NCBI GenBank assembly: GCA_001512785.1
Contig: LFSQ01000002.1
Span: 529 to 64,528 of the forward strand
Length of the DNA stretch: 64,000 bases
Direction of reading: 5' to 3'
Origin: Syntrophomonas sp. DTU019
GTDB lineage: Bacteria; Bacillota; Syntrophomonadia; Syntrophomonadales; Syntrophomonadaceae
The position numbers were made by a program, and so were the translations under genes. Positions 28,507 to 38,343 of the stretch are shown here, piece after piece. Within the stretch, counting starts at the first letter, position 1. Every line of letters starts with the position of its first letter. The notes beneath the pieces were generated by a model. It did not search any database. It was not told the origin of the DNA and saw only the letters and a program-made list of their open reading frames with translations.

Positions 28507-30408
28507 CTAATCTTTTTGAATTAGGAACAGGGTTTGCCCGTATTCCACCGGCTGGGCATTCTCGACCAGAATATCCACAATGGTTCCGGCAAAATCGGTT
28601 TTAATCTCATTCATCAGTTTCATGGCTTCCAGTATGCACAGGGTTTGGCCGGGTTGAACCCTATCCCCAATCTTAACATACGGGTCTGCATCCGGAGAGG
28701 GTGCGGCATAAAAAGTGCCCACCATCGGCGCCAGTATTTCAGTAATGTTGTCATCGAGTATTTCTTCGGCCTGCTCAACCAGCAGCGGCTGTGCTGCGCT
28801 TGCAACCGGATTGGAGGTTGCTGGAGTATTCCCGGCTACATATTTGCGCAAATGTATTTTAAAATCATTTTTTTGCAGTTCCAGATCAGCGATATTGCTT
28901 TCATCCAAAAGCCGCATCAATTCCCTGATTTCATCGATATTCATCACTTCATCTCCCCTACTAGCTGCGTTAGGCCGAACCTTTGGCTTCAGCTTGGGTG
29001 GAGCCACCGGGGCCTTATTCTCAACTACGGCAAGTTCATACTCATTGGGCTGCATCTGCGGTATGTCTTCGGCACTGCGCGCTTTGCGCCACTCGAAGTA
29101 CTTCAATGCCACCTGCGGGAAAAGGGCATAAGTAATAATGTCTTCTTCGCTTTCGGCCCAATCTTTGGACTCCTGCCGGGCCTTTTCCCACAGCGGCTCC
29201 AAAAGATCGGCTGGCCTGACATCGATTACCGGGGTATGACCGATGATTTTCTGCCTGATCTCGTCGCTGATGGGCACCGGGGGTCTGCCGTAGAACCCGC
29301 GCACATAATCCTTGACCTCGCCGGGGCACATCTTGTATCTTTCCCCCAATAACACGTTTAAAACCGCCTGTATACCTATGATCTGGCTGGTGGGGGTAAC
29401 CAGCGGGGCGTAGCCCAAATCGGCCCGAACCCGGGGGATCTCGGCAAACACCTCATTTATGCGGTGACTGGCTTTTTGTTCCTCCAGCTGCGAGTACAGG
29501 TTGGATATCATGCCGCCCGGAACCTGATGCTCAAAAACCTTCATGTCGGAGATCCGGGTAACACCGCGCTCAAAGCCCTTGTGTTTGCGAATCTGCTCAA
29601 AATGCTCGGCAATTTCAAACAGTTCATGCAGATCCAAACCGGTATCCCACTCAGTGCCCTGCAAAGCTCGGACAATGGTCTCCACCGGCGGCTGAGAAGA
29701 GCCAAAGGCCATGGGAACACTGGCGGTATCTATGATGTCCACCCCGGCTTCGGCCGCTTTCAAAAGGGTGGCTATGGCCAGTCCTCCGATGTAATGGGTA
29801 TGTAGTTGAATGGGCACGTCGAGATTCTCTTTTAGGGCCTGGATAAGCTCATAGGATACGTAAGGGGCCAAAAGCCCGGCCATATCCTTGACACAGATGG
29901 AGTCAGCGCCCATATCCTGAAGCCTTAAAGTTGTATCCACAAAGTGCTGCACCGAATGGACCGGACTGATAGTATATACCACACAGGCCTGCGCATGTTT
30001 GCCGATCCGCTTGACAGTGCGCATGCAGGTCTCCAGGTTGCGCAAGTCATTTAGTGCATCGAACATCCTGAAGATGTCAATTCCATTTTCAGCGGCCTTC
30101 TCAATAAACTTGATCACAATATCATCCGGATAGTGAGTATAACCAACCAGAGACTGTCCCCTGACCAGCATCTGCAGTTTGGTCTTTTTAATATTACGGC
30201 GTATTTCCCGCAGGCGCTCCCAGGGATCCTCGTTGAGATAGCGGATGCACACGTCAAATGTGGCCCCACCCCAGATCTCCAGCGAATGGTAGCCAATATT
30301 ATCCAGTTTCTCCAAAACCGGCAGCATATCTGCAGTTGCCATCCGGGTTGCCCACAGGCTCTGGTGGCCGTCACGCAAGCTGGTATCAGTTATTCGAATT
30401 TTGCTCAT
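28507..30408 (-). CDS. Carboxyltransferase (5S/OadA-PycB type) fused to a C-terminal biotinyl carrier domain
   Basis: 633 aa. The N-terminus reads ITDTSLRDGHQSLWATRM (TIM-barrel carboxyltransferase). The C-terminus carries the biotinylation motif LEAMKLMNEI. Confidence 0.88.
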   Translation of the reverse strand: MSKIRITDTSLRDGHQSLWATRMATADMLPVLEKLDNIGYHSLEIWGGATFDVCIRYLNEDPWERLREIRRNIKKTKLQMLVRGQSLVGYTHYPDDIVIKFIEKAAENGIDIFRMFDALNDLRNLETCMRTVKRIGKHAQACVVYTISPVHSVQHFVDTTLRLQDMGADSICVKDMAGLLAPYVSYELIQALKENLDVPIQLHTHYIGGLAIATLLKAAEAGVDIIDTASVPMAFGSSQPPVETIVRALQGTEWDTGLDLHELFEIAEHFEQIRKHKGFERGVTRISDMKVFEHQVPGGMISNLYSQLEEQKASHRINEVFAEIPRVRADLGYAPLVTPTSQIIGIQAVLNVLLGERYKMCPGEVKDYVRGFYGRPPVPISDEIRQKIIGHTPVIDVRPADLLEPLWEKARQESKDWAESEEDIITYALFPQVALKYFEWRKARSAEDIPQMQPNEYELAVVENKAPVAPPKLKPKVRPNAASRGDEVMNIDEIRELMRLLDESNIADLELQKNDFKIHLRKYVAGNTPATSNPVASAAQPLLVEQAEEILDDNITEILAPMVGTFYAAPSPDADPYVKIGDRVQPGQTLCILEAMKLMNEIKTDFAGTIVDILVENAQPVEYGQTLFLIQKD

Positions 30409-30653
30409 GGTCTGCCTCCGCCCTGCATTAACGCTGCCTCATAGGGCAGCAGGGTATAATGGTATTCTAATAAAATCTTTATATACAAATATACTCAGGC
30501 CAACGACCTGAGCATACTATATTACTCTAGCTCTTTAATATTATATGAGTAAATGAGCCCCATTTCAATATTATTGCAGTGTATACAAGTGTTGAGAACT
30601 GTTTCCATAAGTTCGTAGATGGGTCCAATCTGGCCGGGGTATACCAGCCTGGC

Positions 30654-31190
30654 TTAAGGCTGCCCGCGGGTGACCAGGGCCAGTTTATCAGGGCTGCTGT
30701 TTACCACCTGCCCTACCAGTTCCTTGACCCTTTTTATCTGCTGGGCCTGCATGGGAGGGGACTGCAGGACTATGGTGGTGCTGTCAGCCTGAAACATAAT
30801 CACGCATTCCTGATAACCTTCAGCCTTGATCAGGTTTTCCGCTTTGAGCTCCTTTTCCATGGCCGCGGTGATATCCACCAGGCGCATAGCCGCAGCCTCC
30901 CGGGACTTGGCGTCGCTGCTGCTGTTTTTTATAATGTCCTGCAGCATCTCCACCTGTTGGCTGCGCAGGCGATCGCGGTTGAGCCGGTATTCATGGAAAA
31001 ACCCTCCCGAAGCCTCCTTGATGCTAGTCCGGGCATCGATCTCATCAAGCGGGATAAAATCCCCGGCAACCTGGTTTACCGCCACAGACTCCTGCAGGTG
31101 TTTTTTGGTAGCAGCAATTCCTGCGCTGAGAACCACAATCAGTGTTCCTATGGCGAGCAAGCGCAACAATTCTCTTTTACCCATCACCAT
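30654..31190 (-). CDS. spoIIIAH: Stage III sporulation protein AH
   Basis: 178 aa with an N-terminal TM helix. It is the last gene of an eight-gene spoIIIA operon; the assignment rests on order and size. Confidence 0.8.
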   Translation of the reverse strand: MVMGKRELLRLLAIGTLIVVLSAGIAATKKHLQESVAVNQVAGDFIPLDEIDARTSIKEASGGFFHEYRLNRDRLRSQQVEMLQDIIKNSSSDAKSREAAAMRLVDITAAMEKELKAENLIKAEGYQECVIMFQADSTTIVLQSPPMQAQQIKRVKELVGQVVNSSPDKLALVTRGQP

Positions 31191-31193
31191 ATG

Positions 31194-31775
31194 CTATTGT
31201 CCTCCTTTCCCGGCAACCACCATGACCCGATGCAAAGGTATATTGAGCAGGGTTGCGGTGGCCTTGCTCAATTGCTCTTTAACCGCCACATCGGCGGCAC
31301 CTTCGGCAACCACCAAAACCCCCAATACCTCCGGGGCCTTTTCTTCCACCAGCAGTGGACTGCCGGCGGAAACCGCCAGATCATGGGAAGTGCTCTGCTC
31401 CAGCACCCTTTTGCTCTGCCCGGGGGCCTGCTGTTCACTGGTATCGCGCTTTTCTTCCCTGGTATTGTGGGCATATTCCCTGCTCCCTTCAGAAGCCAGC
31501 ATGACATCCACCTGCACCCTTCCCGCACCATCGATCTGGTTTAAGATCCTTTCCAGCTGTGCCCCGATCTGCTGGCCTTTCCCGTTATATTCGGGCTCTG
31601 CCGCCGCACTGACCGGTGCGGCTGGCGGAGGGTTGACTTGCTGCCCCAACGGCCAGAGGATGGCCAAAAGCCCGATAGAGACCGCTATCACCAGTAGGGC
31701 TTTCCCCTTTTTGGACTGAAACCATGATAAACCTGTAGATGATTGATCTCCCTTGCGAATCCATTCTTCCAACAT
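31194..31775 (-). CDS. spoIIIAG: Stage III sporulation protein AG
   Basis: One TM helix plus a C-terminal ring-forming domain. I take the start at MLEEW (31775), which abuts the spoIIIAF stop. The 41-aa extension in the track overlaps spoIIIAF and is rejected. Confidence 0.8.
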   Translation of the reverse strand: MLEEWIRKGDQSSTGLSWFQSKKGKALLVIAVSIGLLAILWPLGQQVNPPPAAPVSAAAEPEYNGKGQQIGAQLERILNQIDGAGRVQVDVMLASEGSREYAHNTREEKRDTSEQQAPGQSKRVLEQSTSHDLAVSAGSPLLVEEKAPEVLGVLVVAEGAADVAVKEQLSKATATLLNIPLHRVMVVAGKGGQ

Positions 31776-31777
31776 GA

Positions 31778-32353
31778 TTAAGAGCCTCCTTGCACTTGGA
31801 TTTCTATCTGCTGCTCGCTGAGTCCGAACATGTTCATAACGATCCTGGCCATACGCGCCTCCACATCGGGGCCAAGCCGGGCCTCTTCCTGGTCCCAAAA
31901 GGTTCCTACCGATGATGGGTCAGCACCGTTATTATCCTGCCCGGATACATTTATGGTTACCTTTTGAATAGACCCGTCTTCATTGAGCACGATTTTGCTG
32001 TCGACTTCTGCAACCCCCGGGACCAGCATAGCGATTGCGCTGATCTGTCCTTCCAGCTTGGAACGGACGCTTTCATTGCTCTGGGCGATAAGCTCGCTGT
32101 GCAGTTCACTGCCCTTTTGCAGTACCTCTTGCTGCTCGGCACCATAATTGGACCATTCCCAGCTGCTGATGTGCAGGGCTTCGCCGGGATAAAAGCACCT
32201 TATCACCGGGGTTAATACCGCGATCAGCACAAACATCCCGATGGCCAAGCGCACATAAGGCTTCATGCCCCCGCCGGGCAGCAATAACTCCAAAAAACTT
32301 GCCAGTATGATGATAACCAAAAGGTTTTTTACTATCTCCACCAGGACATCCAT
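31778..32353 (-). CDS. spoIIIAF: Stage III sporulation protein AF
   Basis: 191 aa with two N-terminal TM helices. Assigned by operon position. Confidence 0.8.
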   Translation of the reverse strand: MDVLVEIVKNLLVIIILASFLELLLPGGGMKPYVRLAIGMFVLIAVLTPVIRCFYPGEALHISSWEWSNYGAEQQEVLQKGSELHSELIAQSNESVRSKLEGQISAIAMLVPGVAEVDSKIVLNEDGSIQKVTINVSGQDNNGADPSSVGTFWDQEEARLGPDVEARMARIVMNMFGLSEQQIEIQVQGGS

Positions 32354-32402
32354 AGCCTACCTCCTCGACATAAACACATCATAGCAGGTGAAATTGCAGA
32401 GA

Positions 32403-33719
32403 CTAGTGCAGGCTGGCCCACCCGTTGGATAGCCCCACCACTATAGCGATCATGATAAAGAACATCAAAGCCACTGCCACTACTGCAGCCAGCATCAGGA
32501 ATAGATGGGCACTCATGCTCTCCAAGGCCGCTGCGGTGCGAGAATCACCGAGAGGTTCGGCCAGGGCTGCGGCCAATTTGTAGATTAAAGCGATAGCTGT
32601 GACCTTGACCACCGGCATTATGATCATGGCCAGGATTATCAATACCCCCAAAACCCCCAGGGCCTGTTTGAGCATCACCACATAGCCGGCCGCGACGTCT
32701 ATGGTCTCGGAAAACATCTTGCCTATTACCGGCAGAGCATTGTCGGAAACAAAGCGAGTAGCCCTGAGCGCAGTCTTATCCAGGACTGAAGCATAAAGGG
32801 CGCGCATGGTAAGCACCCCTACAAACAGGGTGAGAAAGAATCCCAGAGCCACCTGAGCGAACTGGGTGAAGAATTTTCCCAGGCGCTGCAGTTTGATGCT
32901 TTCCGACATGTTGTTGATAATGCTGACTACCGCTGAAAGTATGATAAGGGGGAACACGATGTTGTTGATCGCATTGCCCAGAGCTGTGGCCGTGGTCATC
33001 AGCATGGGGAACACCATGGCGGCGGAGTTGATCCCCCCCAAACCGGCGGTCAATACCAGCATCTGCGGCAGCATTGCAGTCATAAACCCAACCATATTGC
33101 TTATAGTGCCCTGCCCGATATCCAGCACTGTTTTAAAAGATGCTACCGCCAGGGTGATCAGGGCCAGATAACAGGCCAAATAGGAGATGCGGGCCACATC
33201 GGTGGAGAAGGACTGCTGCAGGTTGACCAGCAAGGCCGACAGCACACACAATACCAGCAATTTGGCCAAAAGGCCGCTGTTGACCACCACTTCCCCCAAC
33301 AAGAGCTGCAGCAGGCGTTTCATCAGCTCGCTCCAGCTGAATTCCCATTGCCCCTGCACAAAATCTATAATCCATTGTTTAAGTGAAATGGACTGCATAT
33401 AATTGCTGATCTCACTGTCCACCTGCTGTTTGTATTCCTCCAGGGCCTTGAGATCCAGCTGTTCCAGGCCTGCTGATATGCTATAAGCGGATATTTCAAG
33501 GCCTGCTTCATCCTGCGCCTGAAGCCTTTCCGGGACGAAAAGCCATAAATGCATGAAAAACAGCAGGCTCAACAGCACCATCGCGATCCGTCCTGCCCAT
33601 TTTCGTTGAAGCTTACAGCCTGTACCACCGGCCATGGCCTGAAGCCGCCGGCGAGCAGGAGAAACCGACCTTATTCTCACTATTGACGCTGGTTTTTGAC
33701 CGACCTGTTCCATCATCAA
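32403..33719 (-). CDS. spoIIIAE: Stage III sporulation protein AE
   Basis: 438 aa polytopic permease-like protein. Assigned by operon position. The start may be further downstream than shown. Confidence 0.85.
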   Translation of the reverse strand: MMMEQVGQKPASIVRIRSVSPARRRLQAMAGGTGCKLQRKWAGRIAMVLLSLLFFMHLWLFVPERLQAQDEAGLEISAYSISAGLEQLDLKALEEYKQQVDSEISNYMQSISLKQWIIDFVQGQWEFSWSELMKRLLQLLLGEVVVNSGLLAKLLVLCVLSALLVNLQQSFSTDVARISYLACYLALITLAVASFKTVLDIGQGTISNMVGFMTAMLPQMLVLTAGLGGINSAAMVFPMLMTTATALGNAINNIVFPLIILSAVVSIINNMSESIKLQRLGKFFTQFAQVALGFFLTLFVGVLTMRALYASVLDKTALRATRFVSDNALPVIGKMFSETIDVAAGYVVMLKQALGVLGVLIILAMIIMPVVKVTAIALIYKLAAALAEPLGDSRTAAALESMSAHLFLMLAAVVAVALMFFIMIAIVVGLSNGWASLH

Positions 33720-33749
33720 GCTTTACCCCTTACGGATGCTTTGTTCATC

Positions 33750-34145
33750 CTAGCCCGGCATCAGTTGCATCAGCGATTCCAAAATGGCCACCATTATAGG
33801 AATGGCCAGCACCACGACGATAACCTTGGCGGCAAATTCAACCTTTTTGGCGATAGCGCTTTCACCGGCGTCCTGACAGATAGCAGCGGTAAAATCAGCC
33901 AGATAGGCTACACCGATTATTTTCAATATGGTGCTGAAAAAAAAATAGTTTACCTCGGCACGGGCCACCAGTTGTTTCATCACATCTATGACCACCACCA
34001 GTCTTTCCATCATTAAGGCGAAGATCACCACCGCGCAGGCAATGGTGAGCAATACTGCCATAACCGGTTTTTCCTGGCGGATAATCAACAGCATTATGGT
34101 GGTTATTAAGGCTAATCCCACTATCTGAGCTATGTCCAAAGCCAT
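33750..34145 (-). CDS. spoIIIAD: Stage III sporulation protein AD
   Basis: 131 aa with 4 TM helices. Assigned by operon position. Confidence 0.85.
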   Translation of the reverse strand: MALDIAQIVGLALITTIMLLIIRQEKPVMAVLLTIACAVVIFALMMERLVVVIDVMKQLVARAEVNYFFFSTILKIIGVAYLADFTAAICQDAGESAIAKKVEFAAKVIVVVLAIPIMVAILESLMQLMPG

Positions 34146-34194
34146 CTCCCCTTCGCAGCGTTTGCCTTTGCTGATAAACAGATATGGCCTGCTA

Positions 34195-34398
34195 TCACAG
34201 ATTGAATACCGACCTCACCACCGTAAATAGCTGGCTCATCAATTGCACCACGATAATCAGGACCACTACCACACCTGCCAGGGTGAGCATTTCCGCCTGT
34301 TCTTCCTTGCGGGCCTGTTTCAGCACTATAGAGAGCACTGAGATCAAAATGCCGATCCCGGCAATGCGAAAAATGATATCGATGTTCAACTGTGCCAC
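34195..34398 (-). CDS. spoIIIAC: Stage III sporulation protein AC
   Basis: 67 aa with 2 TM helices. Assigned by operon position. Confidence 0.85.
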   Translation of the reverse strand: MAQLNIDIIFRIAGIGILISVLSIVLKQARKEEQAEMLTLAGVVVVLIIVVQLMSQLFTVVRSVFNL

Positions 34399-34420
34399 CT
34401 CCTGTAAAGGCTTGAATATG

Positions 34421-34942
34421 CTATATCAACAGCAATACTATGGCTGCACCCATAATAAAGCCTCCGTACGACCATAGCTTGTGGTTGGAGTCAAGTTCTC
34501 GCTGGGCTTTTTGCTGCTGCAGTGAAAGCTCCTCTTGCAGAGCCGCCAGGGCTTTATGCTGCTCACTGGCATTGGATACGCCCAATTGGGCCGCCAGGGA
34601 GGCCAATAATTCAATGTCTTTGGGCTGCAATTGAGCCTGTTGGCGCATAGCCTGCAACCCCTTCAGCCAGGCCTCCTCGGCGGTGACGCCCTTCTTTTGG
34701 CCCAGCTCCCGGGCGGCTACGGCAAATACCAGCCTGGCCGGAAACTGTGTGAACTGTGCGGTCTTCTGCATGGCCAAAGAGAGATTGGTATGCATAAAGC
34801 AGATCTCTTTTTCCAGAAAGCCCAAGGCTGCTTTTAGTTCCCCCAGCTGTTCCTGGCGCTTTTCCAGGCCTTTGGCCCCGGACAGCCCCCATACCCCGCA
34901 GGCCGCGATAATCATCACCATACCTATGGCTTTCAGCATCAT
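34421..34942 (-). CDS. spoIIIAB: Stage III sporulation protein AB
   Basis: I take the start at MMLKAIG (34942), which forms an ATGA overlap with the spoIIIAA stop. The 59-aa extension in the track overlaps spoIIIAA and is rejected. Confidence 0.82.
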   Translation of the reverse strand: MMLKAIGMVMIIAACGVWGLSGAKGLEKRQEQLGELKAALGFLEKEICFMHTNLSLAMQKTAQFTQFPARLVFAVAARELGQKKGVTAEEAWLKGLQAMRQQAQLQPKDIELLASLAAQLGVSNASEQHKALAALQEELSLQQQKAQRELDSNHKLWSYGGFIMGAAIVLLLI

Positions 34943-35901
34943 GAGGCATCCCACCTTATCACCTGTTCTATCTGGCCGGGGCCGTGACGCCGCGAGAGTA
35001 TGATGATGAGCTTGAACACCCCATCGGCCATAAGCTTTCTCAAAATCGGCCTCTGACGCAGTTCTTCCAGGCTTTCGGCATGAGCCGTACTGATTATATT
35101 CACTCCGGCATGAATGCATTCCATAACCGCCTCAGCATCGCTCTGTCTGCCGATTTCATCGGTAACCACCACCTGCGGCGAAAGGGCCCGGATGGCCATC
35201 ATCATGCCGATATCTTTGGGGCAGCCGTCCAGTATATCGGTGCGCGGTCCCACATCCAGCTGCGGCACTCCCTGATAACAACCGGCTATTTCGGAACGCT
35301 CATCGACTACCACCACATTTAACCCGGGTCGAGGTGCGCCTTCAGAAATCCGGCGGGTAATGTCTCGCAAGAGGGTAGTCTTGCCACAGCGGGGCGGGGA
35401 TACGATCAAGGTGTTGTGCAGAGTACCCTTAGAGGCGCTGAATAAAGTCGGCATAACGGGATCAGCACAGCCTTTCACCTCCCTGGCTACCCTGAAACAG
35501 AGGCTGCCGAAGTTTTTCATCAGCTCGATGCTCTGCTCCTTAAGTATCACCTGGCCGGCCAGTCCCACCCGGTGGCCTCCGGGTATGGTGATAAAACCGC
35601 GGCGAATATCCTCCTCGAAGGCATACAGGGAATTATCGCTGATGGAGGCTATCACCCGGCAGATATCATCCGGTTCTACCCGGTAACCCTGCGGTAATAG
35701 CGTGGTAAGAAAGCCTTCCCGGCTTACCGCCAGTTCACGTTCGCCGATGCGCACTACCAGGGGCTGTCCGCACCTGAGCCGGATTTCTTCCAGTTGTTGA
35801 TAATCCTCCACCTTGAGGTTGTAGAGCAGCCTTTGAATATGTACGGGGAGATAGGATAATACCTCTCTTTTGATTTGCGTCGGGGAGCTTACAACCGGCA
35901 T
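34939..35901 (-). CDS. spoIIIAA: Stage III sporulation protein AA (AAA-type ATPase)
   Basis: Walker A is SPPRCGKTTLLRD and Walker B is VVVTDEIG. The ATG at 35901 is preceded by AAGGTGGTGA. The track ORF starts at a TTG at 35970. Confidence 0.9.
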   Translation of the reverse strand: MPVVSSPTQIKREVLSYLPVHIQRLLYNLKVEDYQQLEEIRLRCGQPLVVRIGERELAVSREGFLTTLLPQGYRVEPDDICRVIASISDNSLYAFEEDIRRGFITIPGGHRVGLAGQVILKEQSIELMKNFGSLCFRVAREVKGCADPVMPTLFSASKGTLHNTLIVSPPRCGKTTLLRDITRRISEGAPRPGLNVVVVDERSEIAGCYQGVPQLDVGPRTDILDGCPKDIGMMMAIRALSPQVVVTDEIGRQSDAEAVMECIHAGVNIISTAHAESLEELRQRPILRKLMADGVFKLIIILSRRHGPGQIEQVIRWDAS

Positions 35902-36060
35902 ATTTTCACCACCTTGCTCTAAATAGATATTGGCAAGCCCTGCAAAATATGCCAGCAAATTGAGGCTCAAAGGGATGATTATCGGGCGGTGAGGAGATAA
36001 AAGAAGCCATAAATAAAGAGAGGGTGAATACCATCTTTTTAGGGCTTCACCCTGTCTTGA

Positions 36061-36109
36061 GCGGGCACATCCCTGCCCGCTAAAAACCGCCCTGCGGCAT
36101 ACAGGGCGG
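36061..36109 (-). terminator. Tandem hairpins and terminator after the zinc-ribbon gene
   Basis: On the minus strand, the hairpin CCGCCCTG-tatgccg-CAGGGCGG (36087-36109) is followed by TTTTTA. A second hairpin, GCGGGCAGGGATGTGCCCGC, follows at 36061-36080. Confidence 0.7.
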
Positions 36110-36131
36110 CTGCTTTGCAGCTATTTGTGTT

Positions 36132-36584
36132 CTATGGAGATGGTGAGGGGTTTGCCTGATTTGACTCCATGGTTATTTGCTCGTCGGCAACACTGGGTTG
36201 GTAATCAAAAGAACTGTCGTTTACGAAAACCACCTCATTGCAGCGGGGACAGATGATTTCAATAGTATCTTCATCATCCAGCAGGCCGGCGTCAAAGTAC
36301 AGCTTTTCTCCACAATTGTCGCATTCTATTTGGATATGGTCCGAATCAGCCTCATCCAGGACCAATTCCTGCAATTCGCACAGGTCGCTGTCAATGCTGT
36401 CCATATGCTCGCTGAGCTCGAAAACATCCTCGCGCAGATTCTTGATATGAGCGGTGATTTCACTAAGCACATCCAAAACGCCCATGATAATCCTGCCCTG
36501 CGGACCGCTGTCATTGATGTTCAAGCCTTCCGTAAGCCCCTGCAGGTAGCTGACCTGTTCCGTTAAGTCCCTGGCCATAACCAT
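36132..36584 (-). CDS. Acidic zinc-ribbon protein of unknown function
   Basis: 150 aa and strongly acidic. An N-terminal helical region is followed by CDNCGE...CPRCNE (a four-Cys ribbon). It occupies the slot between efp and spoIIIAA. Confidence 0.7.
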   Translation of the reverse strand: MVMARDLTEQVSYLQGLTEGLNINDSGPQGRIIMGVLDVLSEITAHIKNLREDVFELSEHMDSIDSDLCELQELVLDEADSDHIQIECDNCGEKLYFDAGLLDDEDTIEIICPRCNEVVFVNDSSFDYQPSVADEQITMESNQANPSPSP

Positions 36585-36671
36585 CCTCCCTTTTTAAATC
36601 CGTGTAGTAGGCTACAATTATTATTGCTAAAAAAGAGAGGAAATAAACCCGCTAAAATCTGATAGGGATGG

Positions 36672-37229
36672 TTAAGCCCTTTCTATATATAACCCGGTGC
36701 GGGTGTCAATGCGCAGCCTGTCGCCGGCGTTGATAAATAGCGGCACCTGCACCCTGGCGCCAGTCTCCAAAGTGGCGCTCTTGGTCGCACCGGTAGCGGT
36801 ATCGCCCTTGATTCCGGGCTCGGTTTCAACAACCTGCAGTTCCACAAAATTGGGCAGCTCGATGCCAATTATATTGCCCTGGAAAAACAACACCTGAATA
36901 TTCATATTCTCCAGCAGCCATTTCACGCCCTCACCGATGGTATCAGCGCTGATAGTAATCTGCTCATAGTTCTCATTATCCATAAAAATATAACCATCGC
37001 TATCATTATAGAGGTATTGCATTTCGCGACGGTCCAGGTGGGCTTTGGGGATCTTTTCACCTGCGCGGAAGGTCTTTTCCACCACCCCGCCGGTCTTGAC
37101 GTTTTTCAGCTTGGCCCTTACGAAAGCCGCGCCTTTACCGGGTTTCACATGCTGGAAATCCACTACCACATAAGCCTGTCCGTCCATTTCAATGGTAACC
37201 CCGGTTTTGAAGTCATTTACTGATATCAT
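36672..37229 (-). CDS. efp: Translation elongation factor P
   Basis: 185 aa with [16 protein letters not shown] containing the modified-Lys loop. Confidence 0.96.
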   Translation of the reverse strand: MISVNDFKTGVTIEMDGQAYVVVDFQHVKPGKGAAFVRAKLKNVKTGGVVEKTFRAGEKIPKAHLDRREMQYLYNDSDGYIFMDNENYEQITISADTIGEGVKWLLENMNIQVLFFQGNIIGIELPNFVELQVVETEPGIKGDTATGATKSATLETGARVQVPLFINAGDRLRIDTRTGLYIERA

Positions 37230-37241
37230 CCTATCCCTCCA

Positions 37242-38312
37242 TCACAGTATTAATAGTTCCTTACTGCTTTGCGTTATTATTTCAACACCATTCTTGGTTA
37301 CGATGACCGTATCCTCAATGCGTATGCCGCCCCAGCCGGGGATGTATACCCCGGGCTCAACCGTCACCACCATATTCTCCATGAGGGTATCTTCACTGTT
37401 TGAGGACAGGGTCGGTCTCTCATGTATCTCCAGACCTACCCCATGCCCGGTGCCGTGGGTAAAAAACTGATCGAGGCCATGTTTTTGCAGGCAGTGGCGC
37501 ACCTGTTGATCCACCTCACGGCAGCTGACCCCGGCCTTGATGGAATCCAGGCCAACTTGCTGGGCTTCACTGACCTTCTGATAAATATCCTTATAACCCT
37601 GAGGGGGAGGGTTGATAGCAACAGTCCTGGTCATATCCCCGGCATAACCCTCAAAAATGCCTCCAAAATCCAGAGTCACCATATCACCGGGGAAAAGCAC
37701 CCTCTTCCCCGGCCTGCCATGTGGCAAAGCGGCATTTTCTCCCGCTACCACAATAGCATCAAAAGCCTCCTTTTCACAACCTTTTTGTCGCAACAGGTGT
37801 ACAATGGTATCCGCCAGGCTTTTTTCTTCTGCCCCGGCTCTGATCATGGGCAGGATAGCAGCGAAGACCTCATCGCCTATCCTGGCGGCTGCTCTTAGCC
37901 TATCCAATTCCGCCGGGGTTTTTATGCTGCGCAGGGCTTCGATAAGCCCCGCCACCGGTTCCCAGATAACCGGTTTAATCCGGGACATTTTTTGGTAAAA
38001 AGCGTAGCTGACATGCAGGGCTTCAAACCCGATTTTGTGCAATCCCGGGGCTTTCTTGCCCAATTGTTCCAACCCCTGGGGTTTTTCCTCCTGATAGTTC
38101 CATGAGGGGCATTCCAACACCACTTGCTCCCGGTAGCGGCTGTCGGTGAAGATATACTGATCTTCCAGGGTGAGCAACAGCCGGGCGTCGGCCCCGGCTG
38201 TGAAGCCGGAAATATAGCGTATGTTGGCCGGGGAGGTTATCAATAAGGCGTCCAGTTCATGCTTTAACAGTGCTTTGCGCAATTCATTGATACGTGATTC
38301 ATCCATAGGCAT
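37242..38312 (-). CDS. pepP: Xaa-Pro aminopeptidase (M24B)
   Basis: 356 aa with the metal ligands in DFGG..GY.GDMTRT, HGTGHGVGLEIHE and VTVEPG. Confidence 0.9.
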   Translation of the reverse strand: MPMDESRINELRKALLKHELDALLITSPANIRYISGFTAGADARLLLTLEDQYIFTDSRYREQVVLECPSWNYQEEKPQGLEQLGKKAPGLHKIGFEALHVSYAFYQKMSRIKPVIWEPVAGLIEALRSIKTPAELDRLRAAARIGDEVFAAILPMIRAGAEEKSLADTIVHLLRQKGCEKEAFDAIVVAGENAALPHGRPGKRVLFPGDMVTLDFGGIFEGYAGDMTRTVAINPPPQGYKDIYQKVSEAQQVGLDSIKAGVSCREVDQQVRHCLQKHGLDQFFTHGTGHGVGLEIHERPTLSSNSEDTLMENMVVTVEPGVYIPGWGGIRIEDTVIVTKNGVEIITQSSKELLIL

Positions 38313-38343
38313 CCTCTTTAATTTTTTCAGTTTGACTGCTGGT

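Noticed and set aside
28534-29352. 272-aa plus-strand ORF opposite the carboxyltransferase-BCCP gene. Similar antisense ORFs occur at 1985-2641, 4349-5056, 16012-16644, 26050-26481, 27129-27767 and 40137-40646.
   Set aside because: All lie fully inside strongly supported genes on the other strand, and none has a motif or SD signal.
30579-31719. Two long plus-strand ORFs (321 aa and 297 aa) opposite spoIIIAH/spoIIIAG.
   Set aside because: They are antisense to genes with clear operon context. Their products are low-complexity (Ser/Ala/Leu/Pro/Gly-rich) with no motifs or SD sequence, which is typical of shadow ORFs in GC-balanced coding DNA.
31776-31898. Long N-terminal extensions in the ORF track: 41 aa on spoIIIAG, 59 aa on spoIIIAB (34943-35119), 14 aa on spo0A and 23 aa on spoIIIAA.
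   Set aside because: The extensions overlap the upstream gene, are Arg/Pro/Gly-rich, and have internal starts with proper SD sequences or ATGA coupling. I used the shorter gene models.
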